From Candidatus Pacearchaeota archaeon (lineage in GTDB: Archaea > Nanobdellota > Nanobdellia > Pacearchaeales > GW2011-AR1): 64,000 nt of DNA. Numbering within the stretch: the first letter of the stretch is position 1; the number at the start of each line of letters is the position of its first letter. The notes below the pieces were generated by a model. That model ran no database searches. It was given only the letters and a program-made list of their open reading frames with translations, and was not told the origin of the DNA. The stretch is taken from contig JACPLT010000006.1 in assembly GCA_016186365.1 (NCBI GenBank), forward strand, positions 12,049 through 76,048. Reading direction: 5' to 3'. Positions 8,588 through 17,869 of this stretch are shown in pieces. The position numbers were made by a program, and so were the translations under genes.

Positions 8588-9556
8588 ATGATTAAAAAAA
8601 GAGTGAGGGATATTCTAGCTAAGATGTCTAGAAGAAATGCGGGTATTAATATTTTAACCGGGATGTATTATGATAAGGAATTTAATATTTATTTTAATAA
8701 ATTTATTGATATTGTTTATAAGCTGAGAGAAATGCAGAATTCTAAAACTGGCAGTTGGCTAAATAAAAATGCCCCATTTTTTGCAGAAATTGAGACAAAT
8801 ATAGAGATAACAAGCTTATTGGCACAATTTGGATTAACCCCTAAATATAAACTAAGTTTTTTAGAGAAATATAGAAATTGGGATAAATTAAAAAATAAAT
8901 TTGAGAAATGGAAAATAGAAACAAAAGACGGCATGAATCGTGCAAATATGAATAAAGGGGCGACGAAACTTATGAGATTCTATAAACTAGTTCCTGGCAT
9001 GTTTTCAAAAAAATGGCTAGAAAATTATCTTAGATTTTTTCTTGATTGGCAAGATCCTTCTACAGGATGTTGGGGGGTTTGTTTAAAAAAAGAAAATAAA
9101 TTAATTAAAACTTCTGATTTGAGCTTAACTTTCCATATCATAAAAAGATTCTATAAGAAAAATGGAGAAAAAAGATACAATTTAGAAATTCCCAATATTC
9201 AAAAAATAATTGAGACTATATGGGATTTAGAAAATAAAGAATACCCTTTTGGATGGAAAGAAAAAAACAAATGGAATGGGCATCATATTATGGATGTTAT
9301 AGTTATGATGAAAATCTGTTATAAATATCTTGATAAGAAGGAAAAAAATAAAATAATTGTATTTGAGAAAAAAGTGAGGAAATGGTCAGAAATAGAAATT
9401 AAGAAGATACTAGAGGAAAAGAATAAAGAAAAAATGATTGAAAATTTGTGCTGGTTTGCCCAGATGCCAACAAAATTTAATGATTTAAGGAGAATTAATA
9501 GTGAAATCTTCTTTCATATTCTTTATGATCCAGCCATTCTAAGACAATTGATATAA
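8588..9556 (+). CDS. hypothetical protein with weak QW-like repeats
   Basis: 322-aa ORF. It has three segments resembling terpenoid-cyclase/prenyltransferase QW motifs (QNSKTGSWLN, QDPSTGCWGV, KEYPFGWKE). The assignment is weak. Confidence 0.45.
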   Translation: MIKKRVRDILAKMSRRNAGINILTGMYYDKEFNIYFNKFIDIVYKLREMQNSKTGSWLNKNAPFFAEIETNIEITSLLAQFGLTPKYKLSFLEKYRNWDKLKNKFEKWKIETKDGMNRANMNKGATKLMRFYKLVPGMFSKKWLENYLRFFLDWQDPSTGCWGVCLKKENKLIKTSDLSLTFHIIKRFYKKNGEKRYNLEIPNIQKIIETIWDLENKEYPFGWKEKNKWNGHHIMDVIVMMKICYKYLDKKEKNKIIVFEKKVRKWSEIEIKKILEEKNKEKMIENLCWFAQMPTKFNDLRRINSEIFFHILYDPAILRQLI

Positions 9557-9824
9557 CAAAGATTTTATTACTTTCTATTGAGTAAATCAGTCTCCAAGCA
9601 TTTGGAAGATTATATTTCCAGACATTTTTAATCCCAAATTTTTGGATGTATTCTTTCGGGATTAATCTTTTTGGGATTTGTATACCACAAAAAGGATTTT
9701 TACAAATATCATTAAATGCCCTTTCTAAATAATTTTTTAATTCTTTTTCTTCATAAGCTCCGGACGCCAATTTGTCAAAAGCCTCTTTTACTTTATTATT
9801 AGCAAATTGCAGTTGACATTCCAT
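9495..9824 (-). CDS. RelE/ParE-superfamily toxin
   Basis: C-terminal NAWRLIYSIESNKIFVISIVLEWLDHKEYERRF is typical of archaeal RelE-like toxins. It is tightly coupled (1-nt gap) to the upstream small ORF. Confidence 0.6.
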   Translation of the reverse strand: MECQLQFANNKVKEAFDKLASGAYEEKELKNYLERAFNDICKNPFCGIQIPKRLIPKEYIQKFGIKNVWKYNLPNAWRLIYSIESNKIFVISIVLEWLDHKEYERRFHY

Positions 9825-9825
9825 C

Positions 9826-10110
9826 CTAACCTCTCCAAAATAAATGTGCTTGCTTTAATCTTGTTTCTGCTTCTTTTGGATAAAAAATCCAGCCAATTTT
9901 CCCTTCTGAGTCTACGGATATTTTTCCAGATATTAAAAGATAGTCTATTATTATGCTGAATGTTTGATACATTATCTTTTTTGGCATTGCTTCCCATAAC
10001 TTCTTTTTTCTGAATTCTCCATCATGTTCTTTTATGAAATCTTCTACCATTAAAACCGTGTCTAATCTGGGGTATCTTGCAGGAGTTTTTCTTATTAATT
10101 CGCTTATCAT
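9826..10110 (-). CDS. putative cognate antitoxin / small DNA-binding protein
   Basis: 94-aa ORF immediately upstream of the RelE-like gene. The call rests on position only. Confidence 0.45.
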   Translation of the reverse strand: MISELIRKTPARYPRLDTVLMVEDFIKEHDGEFRKKKLWEAMPKKIMYQTFSIIIDYLLISGKISVDSEGKIGWIFYPKEAETRLKQAHLFWRG

Positions 10111-10305
10111 CTTAATTAGTTATATCATTTGATATACCTTTATAAATCTTGTGTTAAGTTTATAGAACTAAATTATTTCATAAGGACATTATAATTTAAT
10201 TGCCCCTATGAAACTAAGCAAATCTGGGCTGTTTGAGACATCTAGAAAGATTTAAATAGCTAATTTATTACATATTAGTAAATAAACTACTAAATTAATA
10301 TAAAA

Positions 10306-11010
10306 ATGCAATTAAGTAAAGGCGAAGAAAAAGCGTATGAAACTTTGAAAAGAAACAAGTTGCAATTATTTAGATTAAGAGAGTTATCCCTGCTTTTGAA
10401 TATAGACAAAACTAAAACATATAATCTGATTAAGGCATTGAAAGGGAAAAATGCAGTGGATGTACTTTCTTCAGGAATTTATTCTCTAAAGGATACGGAT
10501 GATTTTGCAGCCGGAGCTTATTTTAATTGGCCCTCTTATGTAAGTTTTCTTTCTGCTTTGAATTATTATGGTTTTAGCGACAATTTGCCTAAAAAAATAA
10601 CATTTGTTTCAACAAAATATAAAAAAAATCAAAGATTTGAGTATGTTTGCTTATCTCAAAAGAGATATTTTGGTTATAAAAAAATAGGAGATATTATTAT
10701 TGCTGATAGAGAAAAGGTGTTTGTGGATTCTTTATTGTTTCCAAAATATTCCGGGGGAATAAAGGAGATAGCAAGACTTTTATTAGAGAATATTAATAGT
10801 TTGGATATAAATAAATTATTGAACTACTCTTTAAGAGTTGATAGTAAAATGGTTTTAAGAAGATTGGGATTTATTTTGAATGATAAGCTAACTAAGAAGG
10901 AGAAAGGACTCTTATTAAGTAAAATTGGGAAGGGAGCAGGGTTTCTTGACCCAATGATTAAAACAAGAAAGAATTTAAATAAAGAATGGCTGCTGTATAC
11001 TAATTTATAA
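10306..11010 (+). CDS. AbiEi-like antitoxin/transcriptional regulator
   Basis: N-terminal wHTH (FRLRELSLLLNIDKTKTYNLIKALKGKNAV). Its stop overlaps the start of the AbiEii-like gene (TAATG). Confidence 0.6.
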   Translation: MQLSKGEEKAYETLKRNKLQLFRLRELSLLLNIDKTKTYNLIKALKGKNAVDVLSSGIYSLKDTDDFAAGAYFNWPSYVSFLSALNYYGFSDNLPKKITFVSTKYKKNQRFEYVCLSQKRYFGYKKIGDIIIADREKVFVDSLLFPKYSGGIKEIARLLLENINSLDINKLLNYSLRVDSKMVLRRLGFILNDKLTKKEKGLLLSKIGKGAGFLDPMIKTRKNLNKEWLLYTNL

Positions 11011-11753
11011 TGATATCAAAAGAGGAACTCGTATTGCTTAAACAAAAGAGAAAGATTAGTTTGTATTATTTAGAAAAGGAATATTTGCAGCATATATTTC
11101 TAAATGCTATCTCTAAATATGGAGATTCAATTGTTTTTAAGGGTGGAACTTGTCTAAGGTTATGTTATGGTTTAGAAAGAGCATCTGAAGATTTAGATTT
11201 TAGCAGTTCTTTAAGTGTTAGTAAACTGAAAGAGGTTATAAATAAATGTTTGAAGTCTTTTGAGTCGCTAGGAATAGAGCATTTTGATTTAATTGAAAAA
11301 GAGTCTGAAGGGAGTATAAGATTTGAAATTAAATTTAAGGGGGTTTTGTTTAATGGAAATCTGAATTCAGCTAATAATCTGAAGATTGACTTTAATAAAA
11401 ATAAGGTTTTTTTTAAAACAGCCATAGTTGTTAATCAGGTTTTTTCAGACATTCCTCTGTTTGTTATAGTTGCTTTAGCTGAAAAAGAAATTCTTGCTGA
11501 GAAAATTAGAGCAATTGCTAATAGAAAGCAAGCAAGAGATTTATATGATTTATGGATTTTGCTTGGAAAAAAAGTGGAAATAGATAAAAAATTAATTGAT
11601 AAAAAATTAAAAGAAGAAAATGTTAATATAAAAAATATCACTTTTATTTCTAGGGAAGCGTATGAAACTGATTTGAAAAACTTGGTGGATTATATTCCAG
11701 ATTATGAGCAGATAAAAAAAGAGATAGTGAAGTTTCTTGAGGGATTGAAATGA
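11010..11753 (+). CDS. AbiEii/AbiGii-family nucleotidyltransferase toxin
   Basis: FKGGTCLRLCYGLERASEDLDFS signature, plus EKIRAIANRKQARDLYDLW. Confidence 0.8.
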   Translation: MISKEELVLLKQKRKISLYYLEKEYLQHIFLNAISKYGDSIVFKGGTCLRLCYGLERASEDLDFSSSLSVSKLKEVINKCLKSFESLGIEHFDLIEKESEGSIRFEIKFKGVLFNGNLNSANNLKIDFNKNKVFFKTAIVVNQVFSDIPLFVIVALAEKEILAEKIRAIANRKQARDLYDLWILLGKKVEIDKKLIDKKLKEENVNIKNITFISREAYETDLKNLVDYIPDYEQIKKEIVKFLEGLK

Positions 11754-11804
11754 TAGAAGCATATTTTATACATTTATTAATTTTAATTGGAAGATAATTA
11801 ATTT

Positions 11805-12392
11805 TTAAAACCCCTTCTTTTTCTTCAGAAAAAGAACTAATTCCTTGGAAATTCTCGGTTTATTTTTGACTAGGGGATAGAGATAAGGGAGAATAACTGA
11901 ATCATATTTTCCTGTGGGGATTTCTATTTCGTTTTGAAATTTCATTTCTTTTAGGTTTTTTCCCTGCAGTATTTGTTTAACTACAAATACTGCGTTATCT
12001 GTGGAAAACTGCTGTTTTCCTATATTTCTTTTTTCTGCATTCCTGATGAATTTTGTTAGTTCTACTTCTGTTCTTTTTCTTGGAGGATAATCTCCTAAAA
12101 TTCCTCCGAAAATGAAGAATGAGAAGTTTTTTGCTTCTTCACTTGTTAAGGTATTTGGTGCTTCTGGGTCGAGGATACAGGAATTTTTTAAGTTTAATTC
12201 TTTTACTGATAATTCCGAAACTTTTCCGTATTTTTCCAGCTTGTTTTTATCTTCTTTTTTTATATTTGTGAACCAGAGATTAGATTTTCCTATTATTTTT
12301 GATATGCTTTTGTATTCGATTATACACCAGGGATAGAGTTCTGGTTCGAGATGCTCGATTATCATTATTTGTTGGGATTTCATGACAAGCAA
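11805..12392 (-). CDS. SFM1-like SPOUT methyltransferase (DUF431)
   Basis: IIEHLEPELYPWCIIEY and LDPEAPNTLTSEEAKNFSFFIFGGILGDYPPRKRT closely mirror yeast Sfm1 as I recall it (IIEHMEE...W..LEY; LDP...FDYFVFGGILGDHPPRDRT). Confidence 0.75.
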   Translation of the reverse strand: MLVMKSQQIMIIEHLEPELYPWCIIEYKSISKIIGKSNLWFTNIKKEDKNKLEKYGKVSELSVKELNLKNSCILDPEAPNTLTSEEAKNFSFFIFGGILGDYPPRKRTEVELTKFIRNAEKRNIGKQQFSTDNAVFVVKQILQGKNLKEMKFQNEIEIPTGKYDSVILPYLYPLVKNKPRISKELVLFLKKKKGF

Positions 12393-12424
12393 AACTTTAT
12401 TAATTTTATAATTCTTTCTATTTC

Positions 12425-12967
12425 ATGAACAGAAAGAGCGAGGTTTTTATGATTATATTTATTCTGCTAGTTGTGACTTTCGCTTTAATTATTGCTCTTA
12501 ATCTGGATTATTTTGATTCTCTGATAAAAAGAAATATTGAAACTTATGGATATCCTGCGATATGGGTATTTGCTTTTTTATGTGATTTATTAGAACAGCC
12601 CATAAGCTCTGAAGTTCCCGCAATTTTTGGATATCTTTTGGGAATGAATGTAGTCTACTTATTTGTTATTGCAAGTCTTGGAAGCAGCATTGCTAGTTTA
12701 ATGAACTTTTATTTTGGCAAAAGAGTTTTATCTTCAAAAATTTTGAGGCATTGCGAAACAAAAAAATATGCTAACTATTGCAAGTTTTTTTATAAACATG
12801 GAAATTTAAGCCTGGCTTTGGCTGCGTTGACTCCAATTCCTTATGTAACCTTCTGCTGGCTTTCAGGGGCATTTAATATGAGTTTGAAAAACTTTTTTAT
12901 TTATGGATTATTAACCAAAGCTGCAAGAATTGGCTTTGCTCTTTGGATTGTCTGGCTTGTTGTGTAA
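12425..12967 (+). CDS. DedA/YqaA-like (VTT domain) membrane protein
   Basis: Multi-TM ORF with YGYPAIWVFAFLCDLLEQPISSEVPAIFGYLLG. Confidence 0.5.
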   Translation: MNRKSEVFMIIFILLVVTFALIIALNLDYFDSLIKRNIETYGYPAIWVFAFLCDLLEQPISSEVPAIFGYLLGMNVVYLFVIASLGSSIASLMNFYFGKRVLSSKILRHCETKKYANYCKFFYKHGNLSLALAALTPIPYVTFCWLSGAFNMSLKNFFIYGLLTKAARIGFALWIVWLVV

Positions 12968-12969
12968 AA

Positions 12970-13040
12970 TGGACCCATCGGGAGTCGAACCCGAGCCTCA
13001 TCCATGCCATGGATGCATTCTACCGCTGGACTATGGGCCC
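12970..13040 (-). tRNA. tRNA-Ala(GGC)
   Basis: Reverse complement: GGGCCCA-TA-GTCC-AGCGGTA-GAAT-G-CATCC-ATGGCAT-GGATG-AGGC-TCGGG-TTCGACT-CCCGA-TGGGTCC-A. The G3:U70 alanine identity pair is present. Confidence 0.9.
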
Positions 13041-13093
13041 AATTACTTTCTTTATGAAGAAAGGTTTATTAAGGTTTTTCTTATCCTTAGTTT

Positions 13094-13549
13094 ATGGAAA
13101 ATAGCGAATGCATATTCTGCAAGATTGCAAGAGGGGAGATTCCCTGTGCTAAAATTTGGGAAGATGAAAAATATCTCGCTTTTTTAGACATAAATCCCAA
13201 CACGCGGGGAATGACTTTAGTTATACCTAAAAAGCATTTTGATTCTTATGCGATAGATATGAATGATAAAGATTATAGTGAGCTGTTTTTAGCGGCTAAA
13301 AATGTAGCTAAACTCCTAGACAAAAAGTTAAAGGTTAAAAGAACTGCGATTGTTCTTGAAGGATTAGGAGTTAATCATGTTCATGTTAAACTTTATCCTA
13401 TTTATGGATTAGATGCTAAATTTAAAGAGATATGGGCAGATGAAAAAATTTTCTTTGAAAAATATCAGGGGTATATTACAACTCAACTTGGCCCTAAAGC
13501 AGATGTTGATGAACTAAACAAATTAGCTGAAGATATAAAAGAAAAATGA
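13094..13549 (+). CDS. HIT-family (histidine triad) nucleotide hydrolase
   Basis: CIFCKIARGEIP and the histidine triad GVNHVHVKLYP. Confidence 0.85.
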   Translation: MENSECIFCKIARGEIPCAKIWEDEKYLAFLDINPNTRGMTLVIPKKHFDSYAIDMNDKDYSELFLAAKNVAKLLDKKLKVKRTAIVLEGLGVNHVHVKLYPIYGLDAKFKEIWADEKIFFEKYQGYITTQLGPKADVDELNKLAEDIKEK

Positions 13550-14946
13550 GTAGTGGAAATTTAAGAAACTTCTTTGATGTCAGAAATGCTGCTGATTTGT
13601 GCATTTCTGAGCATCCTAAAAACTTAAAGAATAGCCTTAAGAGTTTTTTTGAAGCAAAAAAAATAGCAGTAATAGGGGCGAGCAGAGAAGAGGAGAAAGT
13701 TGGGCATATTATATTTAAAAATCTTGTTAGGAACAAATATCTCAAGGTTTTTCCTGTTAATCCTAGTGCTGAAGAAATTTTAGGGATAAAGTGTTTTAAT
13801 GATATATCTGAAATTCCGTTTGAAATTGATATGGTTGTTATAGCTGTCAAGGCAGAATTTGTTCCAGATATTTTAGAGCAATGCGGAAAAAAGGGAGTGA
13901 AATCTGCAATAGTTATTTCTGCGGGATTTTCTGAATCTGGAAATAGAGAGCTTGAGGATAAATTAAAAAAAATAAGCGAGGATTATGGGATTAATATTTT
14001 AGGGCCGAATGTTCTTGGAATAATAAATGCTTATAAGGATATGAATGCCTCTTTTTTTAATGGAATGCCTGAAAAAGGAAACATTTCTTTTATCAGCCAG
14101 TCAGGAGCTCTTGGAACATCTATTTTAGATATTGCAATTCAGAATAGGATAGGATTCGCTAATTTTATTTCTTTAGGGAATATGATGTTCAATGATTTCA
14201 TTTCTGCTTTGGAATATCTTGAAAATGATCCTAAAACAGAAGTAATCATGATATATATGGAGTCATTAAAAGAGGATACTGGAAGAAAATTTATTGAAGT
14301 ATGCCAAAGAATATCCAAAGTTAAAAAAATAATAGCTGTTAAGGCTGGAAAGACTGAAAAAGGGCAGGAAGCTGCCAGAACTCACACTTCTTCCCTTGCA
14401 AGCGACTCTAAAACTTATTCAGGGGCATTTAAGCAGTCAGGAATAATTGAAGCAAGCTCTATAAGAGAGATGCTCGCTTTAGCTAGAATATTTTCTAAAT
14501 ATAAAAATTTGGGAAAAAAGGCAATGATAATAACCAATGCAGGAGGATTAGGAGTTTTGGCAAGCGATTCTTTGTCTGATGCAAATATTAGTATTCCCAG
14601 TATCCCTGAAAAACTGCTAGAAGAATTTGATAAAATCCTGCCTAAAGGATATTCTAGAAATAATCCTCTGGATATATTGGGAGATGCTCTTGCAGAGAGA
14701 TATGAGAAAGTTCTTTTAAGGATAGATAAAGAGGGTTTTTTTGATTTTTTTGTTGTTATTATGTCTCCTCAAGAGATGTCGCAGCCGGTTGAAACTGCTA
14801 AAGTTTTAAGCAGACTGAAAAAACCAGTATTTCCTGTTTTTATTGGCGGGAAAAGCTTTGAAGAAGCTAAAAAATTAATCAGTGAAAAAGAAATAATAAG
14901 TTTTGATGATGTTTCTGATTTTGGCGTTTTTGGAAAGATAAATTAG
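13546..14946 (+). CDS. acdA: acetyl-CoA synthetase (ADP-forming), alpha (CoA-binding/ligase) subunit
   Basis: KKIAVIGASREEEKVGHIIFKNL, AIVISAGFSE, ILGPNVLGIIN, SQSGALGTSILD. ATGA overlap with the HIT gene. Confidence 0.8.
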   Translation: MSSGNLRNFFDVRNAADLCISEHPKNLKNSLKSFFEAKKIAVIGASREEEKVGHIIFKNLVRNKYLKVFPVNPSAEEILGIKCFNDISEIPFEIDMVVIAVKAEFVPDILEQCGKKGVKSAIVISAGFSESGNRELEDKLKKISEDYGINILGPNVLGIINAYKDMNASFFNGMPEKGNISFISQSGALGTSILDIAIQNRIGFANFISLGNMMFNDFISALEYLENDPKTEVIMIYMESLKEDTGRKFIEVCQRISKVKKIIAVKAGKTEKGQEAARTHTSSLASDSKTYSGAFKQSGIIEASSIREMLALARIFSKYKNLGKKAMIITNAGGLGVLASDSLSDANISIPSIPEKLLEEFDKILPKGYSRNNPLDILGDALAERYEKVLLRIDKEGFFDFFVVIMSPQEMSQPVETAKVLSRLKKPVFPVFIGGKSFEEAKKLISEKEIISFDDVSDFGVFGKIN

Positions 14947-14947
14947 G

Positions 14948-14955
14948 TTTAAATA
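14948..14955 (+). promoter_or_regulatory. putative TATA box (short-leader/leaderless transcript of ABC gene)
   Basis: TTTAAATA is centred about 25 nt upstream of ATG 14977. Confidence 0.4.
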
Positions 14956-14976
14956 TTATAAAAAGGTGTTTTTTAA

Positions 14977-16767
14977 ATGATAGAGAAGAATGAAGCAGGC
15001 AAGGGAATTGATTTCAAGTATAACCTTAGACTTTATTTTGGATTTGTCAAAAAGTATAAATGGGTTTTTATATTTCTTCTTGCACTCATATTAGTTATAG
15101 AAGCAACTTCAGTTGCGATAAGCTTCTTTTTTAAATATCTTGTTGACAGGGGAAGCCAGTTTTTTTCTAGTCAGTCGGGTATTGAAACATTTATCAGGGC
15201 AATGATTGCAATTGGAATCGCATATGGAATTACTTCTTTGGTAAGAGTATCTTCAAAATTTTGTTATATTCATTATGTAAATAAGCTGGAAGTTGATTTG
15301 ATTGCGGACATAAAAAGGAAATTTTTCAGCCATTTAATAGAGCTGGATTATGGCTTTCATACCTCTCATAAAACAGGGAGCATGATATCCAAACTTTCAA
15401 GAATAGGAGGAGCTGTTGAGAGAATGACTGATGCGATAATATTTAATTTTTCTCCTATGCTGCTGCAATTAGTTGTTTCTGTGTTCTCTCTTATTTATTT
15501 TGACTGGGTCAGTGCAGTAATAACTCTCGCAACAGTTTTATTATTTGTATCTTTTGGACTTTTTATGCAGAAGGTGCAGGAGAAATCAAATGTAGAAGCA
15601 AATGATGCAGAAGATTTTGAAAAAGCAAATGTTTCAGATGTTTTTACAAATATGGAATCAATCAAATATTTTGGCAAAGAGCGTTCAGTTGTTGAAAAAT
15701 TCAGAAATTTGAGCGAAATAACAAAAAATAAAGTGCTGGCTAACTGGAATTATTCTAGGTGGACTGATTCTATACAGGCATTAATTCTTGCGATAGGAAC
15801 ATTTTTTGTAATTTATTTTCCTCTTATTGATTTTATCAATGGAAAAACTACCATCGGAACTTTAGTCTTTATTTATAGTGTTTTTTCATCGCTTTTTGGC
15901 AATCTTTACAGCTTTGTTTGGGGAATAAGAGGGTTTTATAGGTCAATGGCAGATTTTGAGTCATTGTTTCAGTATGCTAAAATAAGCAATAATGTTAAAG
16001 ACAAACAGAATGCAGAGAGCTTAAAAATAAAAAATGGAGATATTGAATTTAAAAATATCTCTTTTAGCTATGACAAAAGAAAAATATTTGAGAACTTTAA
16101 TCTTAATATTCCTAAAAATAAGAAAGTGGCATTGGTGGGGCATTCTGGAAGCGGGAAGTCTACTCTTATCAAGCTGTTATACCGGCTTTATGATGTCAAT
16201 AATGGCGGAATTTTAATTGATGGAAAAGATGTAAGAGAGTTTAAGCAGGAATCATTAAGAAATGAAATGGCAATTGTTCCGCAAGAATGCATCTTATTTG
16301 ATGATAGTATCTATAATAACATACTATTCTCAAATCCAAAAGCAACAAGACAGGAGGTCATAGCGGCAATTAAATTTGCACAATTAGACAGAATAATCAA
16401 AGATTTCCCAAATAAAGAGAATACCGTTGTGGGAGAAAGAGGGATAAAACTTTCAGGGGGAGAAAAACAAAGAGTTTCTATTGCAAGGGCTATTCTGGCA
16501 AATAAGAAAATTTTAGTTTTAGACGAGGCAACCTCTTCCCTGGATTCTCTGACAGAGTTTGAAATAAAAAAAGATTTGGAAGAGCTTATGAAAAACAGGA
16601 CAACTATAATAATCGCCCATAGACTTTCTACTATTATGAGTGCAGATATTATCGTTGTTATGGAAAGGGGAAAAATTGTGCAAATAGGCCACCATAATCA
16701 GCTTATTGACAGGCAGGGGTTATATAGAAAATTATGGAATATGCAAAAAGGCGGGTATATTAAATAG
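14977..16767 (+). CDS. ABC transporter, fused permease/ATPase (ABCB/MsbA-like exporter)
   Basis: Six-TM N-terminal half. Walker A GHSGSGKST, signature LSGGEKQR, Walker B ILVLDEATS, H-loop IIAHRL. Confidence 0.9.
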   Translation: MIEKNEAGKGIDFKYNLRLYFGFVKKYKWVFIFLLALILVIEATSVAISFFFKYLVDRGSQFFSSQSGIETFIRAMIAIGIAYGITSLVRVSSKFCYIHYVNKLEVDLIADIKRKFFSHLIELDYGFHTSHKTGSMISKLSRIGGAVERMTDAIIFNFSPMLLQLVVSVFSLIYFDWVSAVITLATVLLFVSFGLFMQKVQEKSNVEANDAEDFEKANVSDVFTNMESIKYFGKERSVVEKFRNLSEITKNKVLANWNYSRWTDSIQALILAIGTFFVIYFPLIDFINGKTTIGTLVFIYSVFSSLFGNLYSFVWGIRGFYRSMADFESLFQYAKISNNVKDKQNAESLKIKNGDIEFKNISFSYDKRKIFENFNLNIPKNKKVALVGHSGSGKSTLIKLLYRLYDVNNGGILIDGKDVREFKQESLRNEMAIVPQECILFDDSIYNNILFSNPKATRQEVIAAIKFAQLDRIIKDFPNKENTVVGERGIKLSGGEKQRVSIARAILANKKILVLDEATSSLDSLTEFEIKKDLEELMKNRTTIIIAHRLSTIMSADIIVVMERGKIVQIGHHNQLIDRQGLYRKLWNMQKGGYIK

Positions 16768-16809
16768 CAGAACAACAATCCTTTTAAACCTTCTAAAAAT
16801 ATCTTTTTT

Positions 16810-17187
16810 ATGCCATCCAGCCTTGAGAAACTAATGAGCTTTTTTAGAGCCCCATTTAACACAGAAAAACATATTCAGGGATTTGTTTGCTCTTTTATTC
16901 CTGAAACTGATTCTGCAACTTTGACTGTATCATGTTTATCTGAAGACTGCCAATCTTGGAGAGATAGTGTCAGAGTTTATTATCCTCAGGATTTAGAATC
17001 AAGAAGATTGGTGGAGAGTGCATTAAAAAATGGGAGATTTATTGAGGTTCTTCTTACAAAATCTGGTATATTTTCCCAGCTCTTTTATATAAAAAGAGTA
17101 GACTATTCTGATGGAGGAATTGTTTCAGCATATTATTCTGTAGATATGAAAAGAGCTAAAACAGAAAAATCAGCTAGACAGCTTTAA
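16810..17187 (+). CDS. hypothetical protein (orphan)
   Basis: 125-aa ORF with no motif recognised. Its 3' end overlaps the convergent acdB-like gene by 18 nt. It looks less AT-rich by eye. Confidence 0.35.
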   Translation: MPSSLEKLMSFFRAPFNTEKHIQGFVCSFIPETDSATLTVSCLSEDCQSWRDSVRVYYPQDLESRRLVESALKNGRFIEVLLTKSGIFSQLFYIKRVDYSDGGIVSAYYSVDMKRAKTEKSARQL

Positions 17188-17778
17188 TCTTGCATCCACA
17201 ATAACTGCTTCTTTTTCATTGACAATTATAGGGTTTAAATCTGCTTCTTCTATTTTTTCTTCTGCGGTTTTTGCGAATTTTTCAATTAAATCTGTTAATC
17301 TTGCAATATTATATTTTTTTTCTTCTATTACCTTTGAAATTTTCAACTCTTTTATTGCTAAATTGATTTCATCCCTGCTTATTGGAAGAACTCTTTGAAT
17401 TGTGTCTTGAAGTATCTCTGTGAATGAGCCTCCTGCTCCGATTAGCAAAACTTTTCCAAAGATAGGGTCTGTTTTTATTCCTGCGATTATTTCAACTCCC
17501 TCTGTATTTTTTTGTATTATAAACTTTTTATTTTCAAATTTCTTTTTTAGCTTGGAGTATTCTTCTTCCAGCTCTCTTGTATCCCTTGCTTTTTTGACTG
17601 CATCTATCTTCATCTTGTGTTCTGGAGAGTTAAGTTTAATCCAGATAGGGAAGCCCATCTTTTCTATTTTTTCCCTGAATTTTTTTATATCTGCATTTAT
17701 CGGAAGAATAAAACTACCCGCTATTGGGAGATTTTTAAGCTCTTCAAATGAGTTTTCTATGTTTAGGAACTCTGTCAT
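17170..17778 (-). CDS. acdB: acetyl-CoA synthetase (ADP-forming), beta (ATP-grasp) subunit
   Basis: ATP-grasp-like GVEIIAGIKTDPIFGKVLLIGAGGSFTEILQD and a C-terminal DLNPIIV segment. Confidence 0.7.
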   Translation of the reverse strand: MTEFLNIENSFEELKNLPIAGSFILPINADIKKFREKIEKMGFPIWIKLNSPEHKMKIDAVKKARDTRELEEEYSKLKKKFENKKFIIQKNTEGVEIIAGIKTDPIFGKVLLIGAGGSFTEILQDTIQRVLPISRDEINLAIKELKISKVIEEKKYNIARLTDLIEKFAKTAEEKIEEADLNPIIVNEKEAVIVDARLKLSS

Positions 17779-17869
17779 GAACTAGAGAGATTAACAGTGT
17801 TTTTAAGATTTTGCAATCTATCTTGTTTTGTATAATTATGTTTATATATTTGGCAAACTTGGAATATTA

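Noticed and set aside
10148-10175. GTGTTAAGTTTATAGAAC resembling a terminus of the ~157-bp element
   Set aside because: It is a single short match without the TGACATCC block, a partner TIR or the core. That is insufficient to call a copy.
12930-13187. 85-aa plus-strand ORF
   Set aside because: It runs straight through the minus-strand tRNA-Ala (12970..13040) and into the HIT gene start in another frame.
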